Source of the DNA: Pirellulales bacterium
GTDB lineage: Bacteria > Planctomycetota > Planctomycetia > Pirellulales > UBA7805
Assembly: GCA_029245145.1 (NCBI GenBank)
Contig: JAQWPY010000128.1
Span: 1 to 39,700 of the forward strand
DNA length: 39,700 bases
Direction: 5' to 3'
Shown here: positions 1 to 9,753 of the stretch, piece by piece
How the letters are laid out: the number at the start of each line of letters is the position of its first letter
Position numbering within the stretch: the stretch's first letter is position 1
The notes under the pieces: model-generated
What the model saw: only the letters and a program-made list of their open reading frames with translations
Told to the model about the DNA's origin: nothing
Database searches by the model: none
Translations under genes and position numbers: made by a program

Positions 1-19
1 ATGATTTTATGGGGGATTT

Positions 20-1858
20 ATGGAAAACAGTTCTGCAAAAATCGATTTATTTTGCTGCCGCGCGCTGCAGGTGATGGTTGCGTGCGTCGCTGTAACCCTG
101 ATACCAGCTTGCCACTTTTGCAGCGGAAAAAAATGGTGGGACCCGCCCACCATGGCGAGATCCAAATTCCGCTGTCATGCTTCCGAAACCATTTCCGAAG
201 TAATTTTCAGACCGCAACGCGACCCGAATATTGCGCACCGGCTGCAGCGTGCAGAGGCTGCCTATACTGCTGCTCAAGAGTGCCGTGAACCACAGCAAGC
301 AGTCGATCATTATTATGAATCCGTGGTCTGGAGTTGGATTTTTATTTGTCGTTATCACAACGAACCACGCGTTGATTTGGAGACCGATCGCGCATGGGAT
401 ATCTACCATTCGAGTTTGGCAAAACTCATCACCGTGGGCCAGGAGGCGGGTCGACTCAACCTCCGCCAAGGACTCCTCGTTCGCAACCCCAGCGGAATGG
501 AAGTAATTCCTATCCACTTTAAAGAATTTCATTGGCCTCAGGGGAGCTTCAACAAACTTGTTACCGTCGGCTGTTATCGCGATAGCAATCTCAAACACCA
601 ATATCGGGCCTGTGGATTGGGCGTACCCCTGGTGGCAATCCAGAAAAATAAATGCAGTCCGCCGGAATTCACCCCCTTCTTTTTGCAGCACACACCGTTT
701 GCGGCAACCTGCATCCTTTACCCGAACCTGCAGCCGTGGACATCAACTGTTGCTCTTCCCTCTTCTCCACCAGTCGCTTCGGGACTTACGCTTTACGATC
801 CACAAAAAGTGGAGACGGTTCAGTATGAGAACACCTCTTTTCGTTTGGCCGCGGATATAACCGCTCCACTCGGTTATCTGGGTCAAGAGACCAACTGGAA
901 TACACTAGAGGAATTTAGCCGCCCTGAGACAGATCCCAAGTTGGCCGGCTTACGGATGCTTGAGCCCTACCAAGCAGAAAAAATCCCCATTCTTTTTGTA
1001 CACGGCCTTTTTTCGGACCCCCAAACCTATCTGGAGATGGCCAATCGCATCCGTGCCTGCCCCGAGCTTACTTCGAGATATCAAATATGGGTGTTCCGCT
1101 ATCCGACCGGTGGAAACTTTTTTTTGTCGGCCGCCAAGCTACGGCAGCAACTGGCCTCACTGGCAGCCCAATGTGAAGCGAAAGGTACCGATCGGCATCT
1201 ACGTGAAATGGTGATCGTCGGCCATAGTTTGGGAGGACTCGTCGCGAAGTTGCAAGTCACCAGCAGCGGATCGACCCTTTGGAATAACGTCGCTCGAGTT
1301 CCCTTGGATCAAGTCGTCGCCACCCCCACACAACGCGAACAACTTCGAAGTGAATTTTTCTTCGCTGCCTCTCCCTATATCAAAACTGCCATATTCATTG
1401 CCGTACCGAACGAGGGGTCACCCTGGGCGCATCGCCCTGTGGGAAAAATAGCATCTCACATGGTGAAATATTCACCGCAACAAGCAGAGCTGCATCGCAC
1501 ATTGATGCAGCAGAACCCCAATGTGTTCCATCCAGATTTACAAAAAAGAATACCCACGAGTGTCGATTTAATGAATCCGGACAACCAACTCCTGCAGGCG
1601 ATCCAAAAAATTCCGCTTGCACCTTGGGCCCAGAGCTATGCGATTGCCGGTACAGGTGGATCTGCCCTTTCGAGAATGGGCCCGTCGGACGGTGTTGTGA
1701 CTCTCCGAAGTGCGACGACACCAGCTGCGGGACAGACCTATTATGTTGATGCCATCCATACGGACATTTTACGCAATTCTTCAACGATCGATATCGTCAC
1801 TCAAATTTTAAGAAACCAAGTATCGCTCGGATACGCTCCAGTCAGCAGCGGGCAGTAA
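20..1858 (+). CDS. Alpha/beta-hydrolase (lipase/esterase-like), probably exported
   Basis: ILFVHGL oxyanion motif, GHSLGG nucleophile elbow, DGVV acid motif and a C-terminal His (IHTDIL); hydrophobic N-terminus with Cys. The start is uncertain this close to the window edge. Confidence 0.8.
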   Translation: MENSSAKIDLFCCRALQVMVACVAVTLIPACHFCSGKKWWDPPTMARSKFRCHASETISEVIFRPQRDPNIAHRLQRAEAAYTAAQECREPQQAVDHYYESVVWSWIFICRYHNEPRVDLETDRAWDIYHSSLAKLITVGQEAGRLNLRQGLLVRNPSGMEVIPIHFKEFHWPQGSFNKLVTVGCYRDSNLKHQYRACGLGVPLVAIQKNKCSPPEFTPFFLQHTPFAATCILYPNLQPWTSTVALPSSPPVASGLTLYDPQKVETVQYENTSFRLAADITAPLGYLGQETNWNTLEEFSRPETDPKLAGLRMLEPYQAEKIPILFVHGLFSDPQTYLEMANRIRACPELTSRYQIWVFRYPTGGNFFLSAAKLRQQLASLAAQCEAKGTDRHLREMVIVGHSLGGLVAKLQVTSSGSTLWNNVARVPLDQVVATPTQREQLRSEFFFAASPYIKTAIFIAVPNEGSPWAHRPVGKIASHMVKYSPQQAELHRTLMQQNPNVFHPDLQKRIPTSVDLMNPDNQLLQAIQKIPLAPWAQSYAIAGTGGSALSRMGPSDGVVTLRSATTPAAGQTYYVDAIHTDILRNSSTIDIVTQILRNQVSLGYAPVSSGQ

Positions 1859-1881
1859 TTGTCCGCAGAAGCGCGAGTCGA

Positions 1882-3648
1882 TCATGGTGAAGAAGAGATG
1901 CCGCGCTGCGTAGTCTTCTCATCGTTTTCACCCAACAACTCTTCTGCCTGCTGCACAAGGGAGGCCGCCCATGGTCGATCACCATAAATCAAGCGAATTG
2001 CCCGGCAGATCTGCTTGGTATCTTCCGGATCATCCCGCTGCGCTTGTCGTGCAGCCGCGAGCCGATCAGAAATCAACTTCTTCTCTGCTGCGATTCGTTC
2101 TTCTGCTTGTTGTTGAATGAATGGTAACTGCCCTTCAGCAGCCCGGATAAAGGGTTTAATTTGCTTCTCTTCCGTTAGTGGGCGGTAGAGTGTAATTAAA
2201 GCGGCCAAACGTTGCGCCGCAGTCTCCGGATCGGTTGCAGCGATTTCAAGTGTGGCTAAATATTCCTGCCCTAACGCAGAGTCTCGGTATTTCTTGTTGA
2301 GCAAACGGGCTTGTAAAATGGCGCGTTCCTTGAGTTGAACCCCTTCGATAGATTCCTGGTAACCGAGGATTGTCGCGGCGCGCGGATCCTGAGAATAATA
2401 TTGGAGGAATTGATTAACCTCCTCTTTTACTTCGACAAGACGACCATTCGCTGCGGCAGTGCTTATTCGCACATAGAGCGACTGAGCAGAAGGAGGCTGC
2501 AGAAAGTACCAACCAACTCCGGCAGTAAGAAGCAGCGCAGCGGCAAGAAACCAGGTCGCCCCTGAAATCAGAGGATGGCCCCGGTTTTCCGCCTTTTCTT
2601 CTTCACGGCGTGCTTCCTCGACCGTCGTAAAATGATCTGCTCCCCCAGTCCATCCATCTTTCAGTACGTTTTCGCTATCGCCCTGTATTTCTTTCGATAG
2701 ATCTGCTTCGGCAATATCAATCGTGGCGCCGATCTCATCTTCCGGGTCATCCGCATCGTAGGGGTGAATTTCAAACCCTGAGGTTTCGCTTCCTTGAAGT
2801 GAGGACGCCTGTTCACTTTCACTTCGAAGGGAGAGCGCCTTCTGCATTGCCTCCATTCGCCGCGCCACTAACAGGGCGTTCGGAAATCGATCTCCCGGCT
2901 CTTTTTCGAGAAGTTGCAAAATGATATCACTAAATTCCTTCGGGGTTTCCGGAGCATATTTGCAAACGCTCTCCGGTTGCGTAAAACGTTGCATCTGCAG
3001 CAACTTAAGCATCGATTTGCTTTGGAATGGTGGTCGTCCGGCAAGCAGAGCATACATAACGCCACCGAGACTATAGAGGTCGCAATGATGAGAAATTCGA
3101 CTCCCCTCCGCCTGCTCGGGAGCCATGTATTCGGCGGTTCCCAAAACTCCCCCTTCACTTGTGAATCCGGAGTTTCCAAAGAGCCGCGCAATTCCAAAAT
3201 CGCTCAGCTTTACCTGTTCGTCTCGGGACCAGAGTAAATTGGCAGGTTTGATATCGCGGTGAATGATCCCGTGGTCATGCGCGAGCTTTAGTGCGCGGCA
3301 CAGATCAATCCCTATATGGCAGACCTCCTGCCACGGAAACCGTCGCCTACGGAACAGTTCATCCTCGAGACTACACCCCTCCACTAACTCCATCGCGTAG
3401 TAGATGTTCCCTGCGTGCTCTCCCCACGCATAAATTTCAACGATATGGGGATGTTGAAGTGCTTTAAGAGATTCTATCTCCGACTCAAAACGATCGCGAA
3501 AACCTTCTTGGTTGGCGAGCAATGGCGCAAGAACCTTGACCGCAACCTTCTGGCCGGTGGTTTCATCGATGGCGGCGTAGACGGTGCCCATACCGCCTCT
3601 ACCGAGCTCCCTTTCGATGCGATATGGTCCCAGCTCTGTAAGATCCAT
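1882..3648 (-). CDS. Hanks-type Ser/Thr protein kinase with one TM helix and a helical extracytoplasmic domain
   Basis: LGRGGMGTVY Gly loop, VAVK, HRDIKPAN, DFG and YMAPE motifs; TM segment WFLAAALLLTAGVGWYFL. Confidence 0.95.
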   Translation of the reverse strand: MDLTELGPYRIERELGRGGMGTVYAAIDETTGQKVAVKVLAPLLANQEGFRDRFESEIESLKALQHPHIVEIYAWGEHAGNIYYAMELVEGCSLEDELFRRRRFPWQEVCHIGIDLCRALKLAHDHGIIHRDIKPANLLWSRDEQVKLSDFGIARLFGNSGFTSEGGVLGTAEYMAPEQAEGSRISHHCDLYSLGGVMYALLAGRPPFQSKSMLKLLQMQRFTQPESVCKYAPETPKEFSDIILQLLEKEPGDRFPNALLVARRMEAMQKALSLRSESEQASSLQGSETSGFEIHPYDADDPEDEIGATIDIAEADLSKEIQGDSENVLKDGWTGGADHFTTVEEARREEEKAENRGHPLISGATWFLAAALLLTAGVGWYFLQPPSAQSLYVRISTAAANGRLVEVKEEVNQFLQYYSQDPRAATILGYQESIEGVQLKERAILQARLLNKKYRDSALGQEYLATLEIAATDPETAAQRLAALITLYRPLTEEKQIKPFIRAAEGQLPFIQQQAEERIAAEKKLISDRLAAARQAQRDDPEDTKQICRAIRLIYGDRPWAASLVQQAEELLGENDEKTTQRGISSSP

Positions 3649-3817
3649 GTCAAAATCCTACCAATAAATAACCGTTTACTGCAAATGGTACCTATTTTGT
3701 ATCTTCGGTGCGCGCGATATGCTGCCGATCCACGATTCATCAAATTCAAATCAATGTTCGGATACATCATTTATAATCCCATTCGGTGACGATTGTTAGG
3801 AAAGTCAGAGGTCTGGG

Positions 3818-5356
3818 ATGGATAGTTTATCGATAACGCTTTGTCGTACCTCCAATCAAGCTCTAGAACTGGGCATATTTGCCAGAGAATTTCTCTCTGG
3901 TAAGTACGCTCCTCCATCCGAAAGCGTGTTCCAGCGCTTAAAACTTTTCCATCTCGATAGCGTATGTTGTGCCGTTTCGGCATTGGCGTTGGGTACTAAT
4001 GCGCCAAACATCCTACGCAACGAAGCACTCCGCTACACTGTGACTTCTTCGGAGGCTGGAGCAAAATGCTTTGGCTCTCACCTTTCAGTAACTCCCGAAA
4101 AAGCTGTTCTTGCCAACTGTGCGGCCGTACGCGAGTGGGACGCCAATGGAACCAATTTTGGATTTAATCCTGAACAAAAAGCGACGGCAGGCGAATTCGG
4201 CCACAATGATTTCTATCCGGTTGCGTTGGCCGCTGCACAAGTGAAAGGCCTCGATGGCCATCAGTTGCTGTTGGGAATGTTGCTTATTGACGAGATTCGC
4301 GGCCGCCTCGCGGAGGTGTTTAGCCTCAAGGATTATAAAATCGACCATGTCGTCCACGGCGGGATTGCCTCCGCTGTGGTCTATGGGGCAATGATCGGTG
4401 CGACTCCAAAACAAATAGAATCAGCGGTCGGATTGCTGGTCGCACACTATATTCCATTCCGTGCAATTCGTTCCGGTAAACAGTTGTCGGACTCCAAGGG
4501 AGCGAGTGCAGCAATGAGCGCCGAGATGGCCGTCCTTTCCGTACAAAGGGCAATGAGCGGCTTTGTCGGACCGGGAGATGTATTCCGAAATTCGCAAGCA
4601 ATCTTTTGTCTCAACCAACCTCCAGCATCGACGGAAGAAAGCCCGTTTGACCTCACCCTCACGACCGGGGGAGACAATTTCGCCTTACTCGGAATGCACT
4701 TTAAGCTCGGTCTTTACGAGCACCAATCGGCGGGCGGTATCCAGGCGTTAATTAATCTCCTAAGGGATCATCCCCAATTGCTAACCAGTGGCCGATTTCC
4801 GAAAAGAATACAAACTGTAATTTATGAACCTGCCTACGGTATTATCTGTGACCCCTCCAAAAAAAATCCCCAAACGCGTCAAACTGCAGACCATTCGCTT
4901 CCATTTATTTTGGCTGCGGTTTTGGTGAAGGCGTACAAAAGTCAATCAGCGAGTTGGAAGGAACTGATGCTGCTCCCCGAGGATTATACAGAGGAAAAAA
5001 TTCACGACCCGACTATTCGCCAAGTAATCGCCACGATTGACGTAATACATGGTGGAGATCAGTATGATCATCGGTACCCTCAAGGCATTCCAACCGCGGT
5101 GATTTTGGAGCATGCAGATATTGGTCGAATTGAGAGCAAATTGGTAATGTACCCTTTGGGACATGCGAAGTCAGATCATGAAGAGACGCGACACATTCTG
5201 GATCATAAAATAAGCACCCTCGCGAAACTTGGAGTGAAAGATCCGAACGAATTTGTCAACAAAATAAAAACGCTCGAAGATCTCTCTCCTTCTGATGTGC
5301 TCTCGCTTTACGAATGCAACATAGACTGGTGCGACAAAGCGTCGCGAGATTGTTAA
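3818..5356 (+). CDS. prpD: MmgE/PrpD family protein (2-methylcitrate dehydratase-like)
   Basis: AVREWDANGT, GEFGHNDFYP, IDHVVHG, IRSGKQLSDSKG, FKLGLYEHQS and TADHSLPF motifs typical of MmgE/PrpD; exact substrate uncertain. Confidence 0.8.
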   Translation: MDSLSITLCRTSNQALELGIFAREFLSGKYAPPSESVFQRLKLFHLDSVCCAVSALALGTNAPNILRNEALRYTVTSSEAGAKCFGSHLSVTPEKAVLANCAAVREWDANGTNFGFNPEQKATAGEFGHNDFYPVALAAAQVKGLDGHQLLLGMLLIDEIRGRLAEVFSLKDYKIDHVVHGGIASAVVYGAMIGATPKQIESAVGLLVAHYIPFRAIRSGKQLSDSKGASAAMSAEMAVLSVQRAMSGFVGPGDVFRNSQAIFCLNQPPASTEESPFDLTLTTGGDNFALLGMHFKLGLYEHQSAGGIQALINLLRDHPQLLTSGRFPKRIQTVIYEPAYGIICDPSKKNPQTRQTADHSLPFILAAVLVKAYKSQSASWKELMLLPEDYTEEKIHDPTIRQVIATIDVIHGGDQYDHRYPQGIPTAVILEHADIGRIESKLVMYPLGHAKSDHEETRHILDHKISTLAKLGVKDPNEFVNKIKTLEDLSPSDVLSLYECNIDWCDKASRDC

Positions 5357-5375
5357 TCCTCACGATGGTTCAGCA

Positions 5376-6284
5376 GTGTTTGGGTTTTTAAATGTTGATA
5401 AACCGGGCGGCATAACGTCTCGTGCCGTGGTGAACGCGATTGAAGATCGGATTCCCACCGTGAAGGTGGGGCATGCCGGTACGCTGGATCCCCTCGCTAC
5501 CGGCGTATTGATTCTTGGTATTGGTCAGGCAACCCGACTGCTGGAGTATGTCCAGCGCATGCCAAAAACATATGTCGCAACGTTTTTATTTGGTCAATCC
5601 AGTGATACGGATGATATTGAGGGCGAGGTGGTCGCAATAGAGGGTTCGCCCGTTCCTTCGCGCGGAGAGATTGATCGATGCCTACTAGAATTTGAAGGGT
5701 CGATTCTTCAGCAACCGCCAAAATATTCAGCCATCAAGGTCCGCGGTCGCCGCGCCTATGAGATGGCTCGTCGTGGAGAGGCGGTTGATTTGGCTCCCCG
5801 TGAGGTGATGATTCACTCGCTTCAGATTCTGCGATATACGTACCCCGAAATTGAAGTAAAAATAGTCTGCAGTCGAGGCACGTATGTAAGAGCATTGGGG
5901 AGAGATTTTGCTCAACACCTGAATACATCGGCCGTGATGAGCCAACTCTGTCGCACGGCTATCGGAAATTTTGATCACGGGAAATCAGTCACCCTGGAAT
6001 CGATCACCCCAGATTCAGTGGCCCGCTATCTCCTGCCTCCTCAGTCAGGTCTTGAGCAAATCCGCCGTTTTGATCTCACTCAACCACAGGCAGTGGAATT
6101 GTCGCACGGTAGAACTTTAGATTTGGATTTTCCCGAAAAAAAATCGCACCCGCCGGAGGAAGCCTATGGATTATACCAAGGTCAATTGATTGCCGTACTC
6201 AAACGACGGACGGGCACCATCTGGGCACCGCACAAGGTATTTTCTCCACCAAACACCGCAATTACTACAGGCCGCAAAGCTTAA
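5376..6284 (+). CDS. truB: tRNA pseudouridine(55) synthase
   Basis: GFLNVDKPGGITS, KVGHAGTLDPLATGVL (catalytic Asp), PPKYSAIKVRG, CSRGTYVRALGRD; GTG start. Confidence 0.97.
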   Translation: MFGFLNVDKPGGITSRAVVNAIEDRIPTVKVGHAGTLDPLATGVLILGIGQATRLLEYVQRMPKTYVATFLFGQSSDTDDIEGEVVAIEGSPVPSRGEIDRCLLEFEGSILQQPPKYSAIKVRGRRAYEMARRGEAVDLAPREVMIHSLQILRYTYPEIEVKIVCSRGTYVRALGRDFAQHLNTSAVMSQLCRTAIGNFDHGKSVTLESITPDSVARYLLPPQSGLEQIRRFDLTQPQAVELSHGRTLDLDFPEKKSHPPEEAYGLYQGQLIAVLKRRTGTIWAPHKVFSPPNTAITTGRKA

Positions 6285-6560
6285 ATTTTCTTCTGCCGAA
6301 TATTTTATCAAATCGGCATAATTGCCATCCACCATCTCATATTGTGGAAGTTCCCCGGGTTCTCACGGCAAAAAAAGTAGCCCCACGTTCTAGCGGTGTT
6401 AGACTTCCTTCCGAGAAGCGTGTACTCGGCATGGATCCGGAGTCACGCGATTTGAAATTTACGCTCTGATTGCGATTGGAATAAAAGTTGGGCATGGACG
6501 CGCCCCTGGTCACTCAGGCCGCGTCAGCGGCCACAATTTAATTTGTTGGCGTCTGCGTTC

Positions 6561-9527
6561 ATGTTCGAGAATCGTAATATCAAACAAGATCTCTTTGCGC
6601 TGGGTCTTTTAGCGATCGCCGTATTTCTCTCGCTTGCCGTGATCTCGTACGAGCGTTCGGATCCCTCGCTAAGCAATCCAGCAGGTGCGCTGGTCTATCC
6701 ACCCCAAGGCGAAATCAGCAATCTGTGCGGTTTGGCAGGGGCCTGGACGGCTGACCTTCTGCTAAGATTTGCAGGAATCGGAACGTACTACTTTGTCATT
6801 TCGCTGATTGTTTTCGATGTCTTTTTACTAAGAAGAAAAAAAATAAGTCAGCACTGGGTACGCTTTTCCGGATGGTTTATTTCCCTCTTCGGATTGACCA
6901 CACTTGCCGCGCTGGCAATATCCCACTTTTTTCCACCCCTTTGGGGCGGTCCTGAGTTGGGTGCCGGTGGACTCCTCGGCGCGGTGGGCAGCGAGTTGCT
7001 TTTAATGCATTTTGCGGTGGCAGGGGCATATATTTTAGCCACGAGCGTTTTCCTCGCAGGGCTCGTGATGTGCACCGACTATTTAGTCTTTCGGATTGCA
7101 TCGGCCAGCGTCGGGCATCTGACCACATGGACACGACGTGCAATGGGCATGGTCGCTCCCGCCGGATTGAAAGACAGAACCACATTGAAAGCTGCGGCAG
7201 AAGAGTGCGAAGAAGAGGAATACGAATATGAGGATGAAGAAGACTATGAAGACGAAGAAGAGCCTCCCGTCAGTGTGAGGATTCGAGGCCGCAAAAAGGC
7301 CGATCCTAAAGAGGATGATCAATACGAAGAAGAAACGGACGAGGAGGATTACGAAGAAGACGAAATCGAGGATGAGGATGAGGAAGAGGAGGCGCCTCCT
7401 GCAAGACTTCCTCGTCGGAGTCGCCGTAAGCGTCGCATTGCGTCGTCGCTGAAGATAAAAAAACCGGCCAGTCCAAATGAACGTGAGGCGATGATTGAGT
7501 CGTTAGAGGCCGCTAGTCAAGAAAGTAGTCTCGAAAACTTTCAATTGCCCAGCGTTGAACTTCTTCTTCCCTCTGAGGAGATGGAGTACGACAACCACGA
7601 AAAAGAGGTGCGTCGCAAAGCAAAAACGCTTGAGAAAACCTTTGCAGACTTTGGCTTCAATGTTCGAGTGGTTGAAATCGAAACAGGGCCAGTTATCGCA
7701 CAGTATGAAGTTGAATTAGAAGCGGGTTTACGATTAGCAAAAATTACCAACCTCGCTGACGATTTAGCGATTGCGTTACGCGTTCCGAGCGTACGTATTG
7801 TGGCACCAATTCCCGGGAAAAATACGGTTGGCATCGAAATTCCCAATACCACGCGATCCATGGTTCGTTTACGCGAGGTCATGGAAGAAGACCACAGCAA
7901 GTGGCAGAAGATGAAAATACCGGTTTTCCTAGGGAAAGATGTTTCGGGCAAGGCAACCTCTGTGGATCTTGCCAGCCTGCCTCACCTGTTGATTGCAGGT
8001 CGAACGGGTACAGGAAAGAGCGTATGTCTCAATTCGATCATCACCTCTATGGTCATGACGCGTCGCCCCGACGAGGTCAAGATGCTCATGATCGATCCAA
8101 AGATGGTGGAGTTGAGTCCTTACAAAAAGCTTCCACACCTCATGCATCCGGTTGTGACCGACATGAAAAAAGCGGAAGCCATTTTGGCCTGGGCTGTGGA
8201 TAAGATGGAAGAGCGCTATAGCCTTCTGGCAAAGGCGGGCGTACGGCATGTCAGTTCGTATAATCAATTGGGAGAACAAGAATTACTCGATCGGATGCAG
8301 CCTGAAAATGATGAAGAGAAGGCCAATATTCCCCGCCATCTTCCCTACGTTGTGATCATTGCTGATGAAATGGCGGACCTGATGATGACTTCCGCAAAGG
8401 AGGTGGAGGGGCACATTATTCGGTTAGCACAAAAAAGTCGTGCGGTGGGAATCCATCTTGTGCTTGCTACTCAGAAACCGACGGTGGATGTCATTACCGG
8501 TTTGATTAAATCCAACCTCCCGGCACGAATTGCCTTTCAGGTCGCGAGTCGCACCGACAGTCGTGTCGTACTGGACGAAATGGGCGCCGATAAGCTCCTC
8601 GGTAACGGAGATATGCTCTTCCTTGGCGCGGGAACAAGCACTCTTCTTCGGGGTCAAGGAACGTATCTTACCGATGAGGAAATCACCCGGGTGGTGGATA
8701 GTGTGGCCACAAACGAACCGCAATTTGTCGACGAACTGGTCCAACTGAAACCGGCTAATACCGACGAGGGCGCCGGGGCAGAGAATAAAAACAAAGATGC
8801 TCTCTACGACTCGGCAGTGAATGTTGTCATTGGAGAAGGAAGGGGCAGTGTTTCCTTACTGCAACGGTGTCTCGGTATTGGCTATGGACGCGCCGCGCGC
8901 TTGATCGATTTTATGGCCGAAGATGGGATTGTCGGTCCTTACAATGGGTCTCAGGCACGCGAAGTCTTACTTACCGCAGAGCAATGGGAGTCAATGAGTG
9001 AAGAGCAGACAGTAGGTGTTCAAGGCACTGCTGTCGAAGCCGAGTATGAAGAAGCCGAGGAGTACGCTGAGCTGCGTGATAACGAGGTAGATGATCTCGA
9101 CGAAGAGGATGACGACAATCTCGCCGACTATGAAGAAGCCGAATCCGAAGAGGATGAGTATCTAGAGGATGGAGCGGCAGAGGAAGATGCAGAGGAGGAC
9201 GAGGCCCAATACGATGAAGGTGAATATGAAGAGAATGAGGCCGTCCAGGATGAAGATGATGACGAAGAATGGGAGGAGGAAGAGGCACCCCAAGATGAGG
9301 TAGCGGAGGGCGAGGACGACACCGAGGAAGATGACGTCGAGGAATGGGAGGAAGCGGAAGGCGACGAAGAGGAGTGGGAGGAGGCCGAGGCGGAGGACAC
9401 CGAAGAGGATGCCGAGGAAGATGACGTCGAGGAATGGGAGGAAGCGGAAGGCGACGAAGAGGAATGGGAGGACGAGGAATCAGAAGAAGAAGCCTACGAC
9501 GAGGAATATAAAGAGGAAGCGGTGTAG
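6561..9527 (+). CDS. ftsK: DNA translocase FtsK (N-terminal TM domain, acidic linker, motor, gamma domain, long acidic tail)
   Basis: N-terminal TM helices; PHLLIAGRTGTGKS Walker A; MIDPKMVEL; IIADEMADLMM; LATQKP; GADKLLGNGDMLF; gamma domain SVSLLQRCLGIGYGRAARLIDFM. ATG 6561 preferred over TTG 6543. Confidence 0.97.
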   Translation: MFENRNIKQDLFALGLLAIAVFLSLAVISYERSDPSLSNPAGALVYPPQGEISNLCGLAGAWTADLLLRFAGIGTYYFVISLIVFDVFLLRRKKISQHWVRFSGWFISLFGLTTLAALAISHFFPPLWGGPELGAGGLLGAVGSELLLMHFAVAGAYILATSVFLAGLVMCTDYLVFRIASASVGHLTTWTRRAMGMVAPAGLKDRTTLKAAAEECEEEEYEYEDEEDYEDEEEPPVSVRIRGRKKADPKEDDQYEEETDEEDYEEDEIEDEDEEEEAPPARLPRRSRRKRRIASSLKIKKPASPNEREAMIESLEAASQESSLENFQLPSVELLLPSEEMEYDNHEKEVRRKAKTLEKTFADFGFNVRVVEIETGPVIAQYEVELEAGLRLAKITNLADDLAIALRVPSVRIVAPIPGKNTVGIEIPNTTRSMVRLREVMEEDHSKWQKMKIPVFLGKDVSGKATSVDLASLPHLLIAGRTGTGKSVCLNSIITSMVMTRRPDEVKMLMIDPKMVELSPYKKLPHLMHPVVTDMKKAEAILAWAVDKMEERYSLLAKAGVRHVSSYNQLGEQELLDRMQPENDEEKANIPRHLPYVVIIADEMADLMMTSAKEVEGHIIRLAQKSRAVGIHLVLATQKPTVDVITGLIKSNLPARIAFQVASRTDSRVVLDEMGADKLLGNGDMLFLGAGTSTLLRGQGTYLTDEEITRVVDSVATNEPQFVDELVQLKPANTDEGAGAENKNKDALYDSAVNVVIGEGRGSVSLLQRCLGIGYGRAARLIDFMAEDGIVGPYNGSQAREVLLTAEQWESMSEEQTVGVQGTAVEAEYEEAEEYAELRDNEVDDLDEEDDDNLADYEEAESEEDEYLEDGAAEEDAEEDEAQYDEGEYEENEAVQDEDDDEEWEEEEAPQDEVAEGEDDTEEDDVEEWEEAEGDEEEWEEAEAEDTEEDAEEDDVEEWEEAEGDEEEWEDEESEEEAYDEEYKEEAV
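9322..9472 (+). repeat. Direct repeat in the ftsK acidic tail: two 61-nt copies (9322-9382, 9412-9472), 90-nt period, one mismatch
   Basis: ccgaggaagatgacgtcgaggaatgggaggaagcggaaggcgacgaagagga(g/a)tgggagga occurs twice and encodes EEDDVEEWEEAEGDEEEWE. Confidence 0.95.
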
Positions 9528-9567
9528 GGCGAAAGCCGCAATCGCGAGCAGCGCTTGATTCACCCGA

Positions 9568-9596
9568 TTGACACCCCGTGGTTCCATTTTTATCCT
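9568..9596 (+). promoter_or_regulatory. Sigma70-type promoter upstream of cimA-valS
   Basis: TTGACA (9568-9573), 17-nt spacer, TATCCT (9591-9596); predicted start site near 9603. Confidence 0.75.
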
Positions 9597-9723
9597 AAAC
9601 AAATGTGTTTCGCGGTGTTGGGTCACAACCATTTCAACCGCAATCTAATGCGTGTTAGCAGGTTCCGATTTAGCAATTAAACCATTTCCATCTCGCCGCC
9701 CCACTACCCGACGGTACACGTGG

Positions 9724-9753
9724 CCCTGAGGTTATTGTTCCTCAGGGTTTTTT
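9724..9753 (+). terminator. Intrinsic terminator-like hairpin in the cimA leader
   Basis: CCCTGAGG-ttattgtt-CCTCAGGG perfect 8-bp stem followed by T6, ending 10 nt before the cimA ATG. Confidence 0.8.

Noticed and set aside
6294-6532. Short inverted repeats between truB and ftsK (TGCCGA/TCGGCA; GGCCGC-gtca-GCGGCC)
   Set aside because: Only 6-bp arms without a clear U tract; not enough to call a terminator, operator or ncRNA.
9322-9472. Repeats as a possible CRISPR array
   Set aside because: Only two copies, in frame within a coding low-complexity tail, and no cas genes.
9128-9558. Ser-rich antisense ORF (9128-9400) and Arg/Lys-rich alternate-frame ORF (9331-9558)
   Set aside because: Shadows of the GAR/GAY-rich ftsK acidic tail; no independent coding evidence.
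9603-9753. T-box riboswitch or classical Ile/Leu/Val leader peptide
   Set aside because: No T-box consensus or Stem I motifs, and no run of branched-chain codons in the uORF; kept as an unclassified leader.
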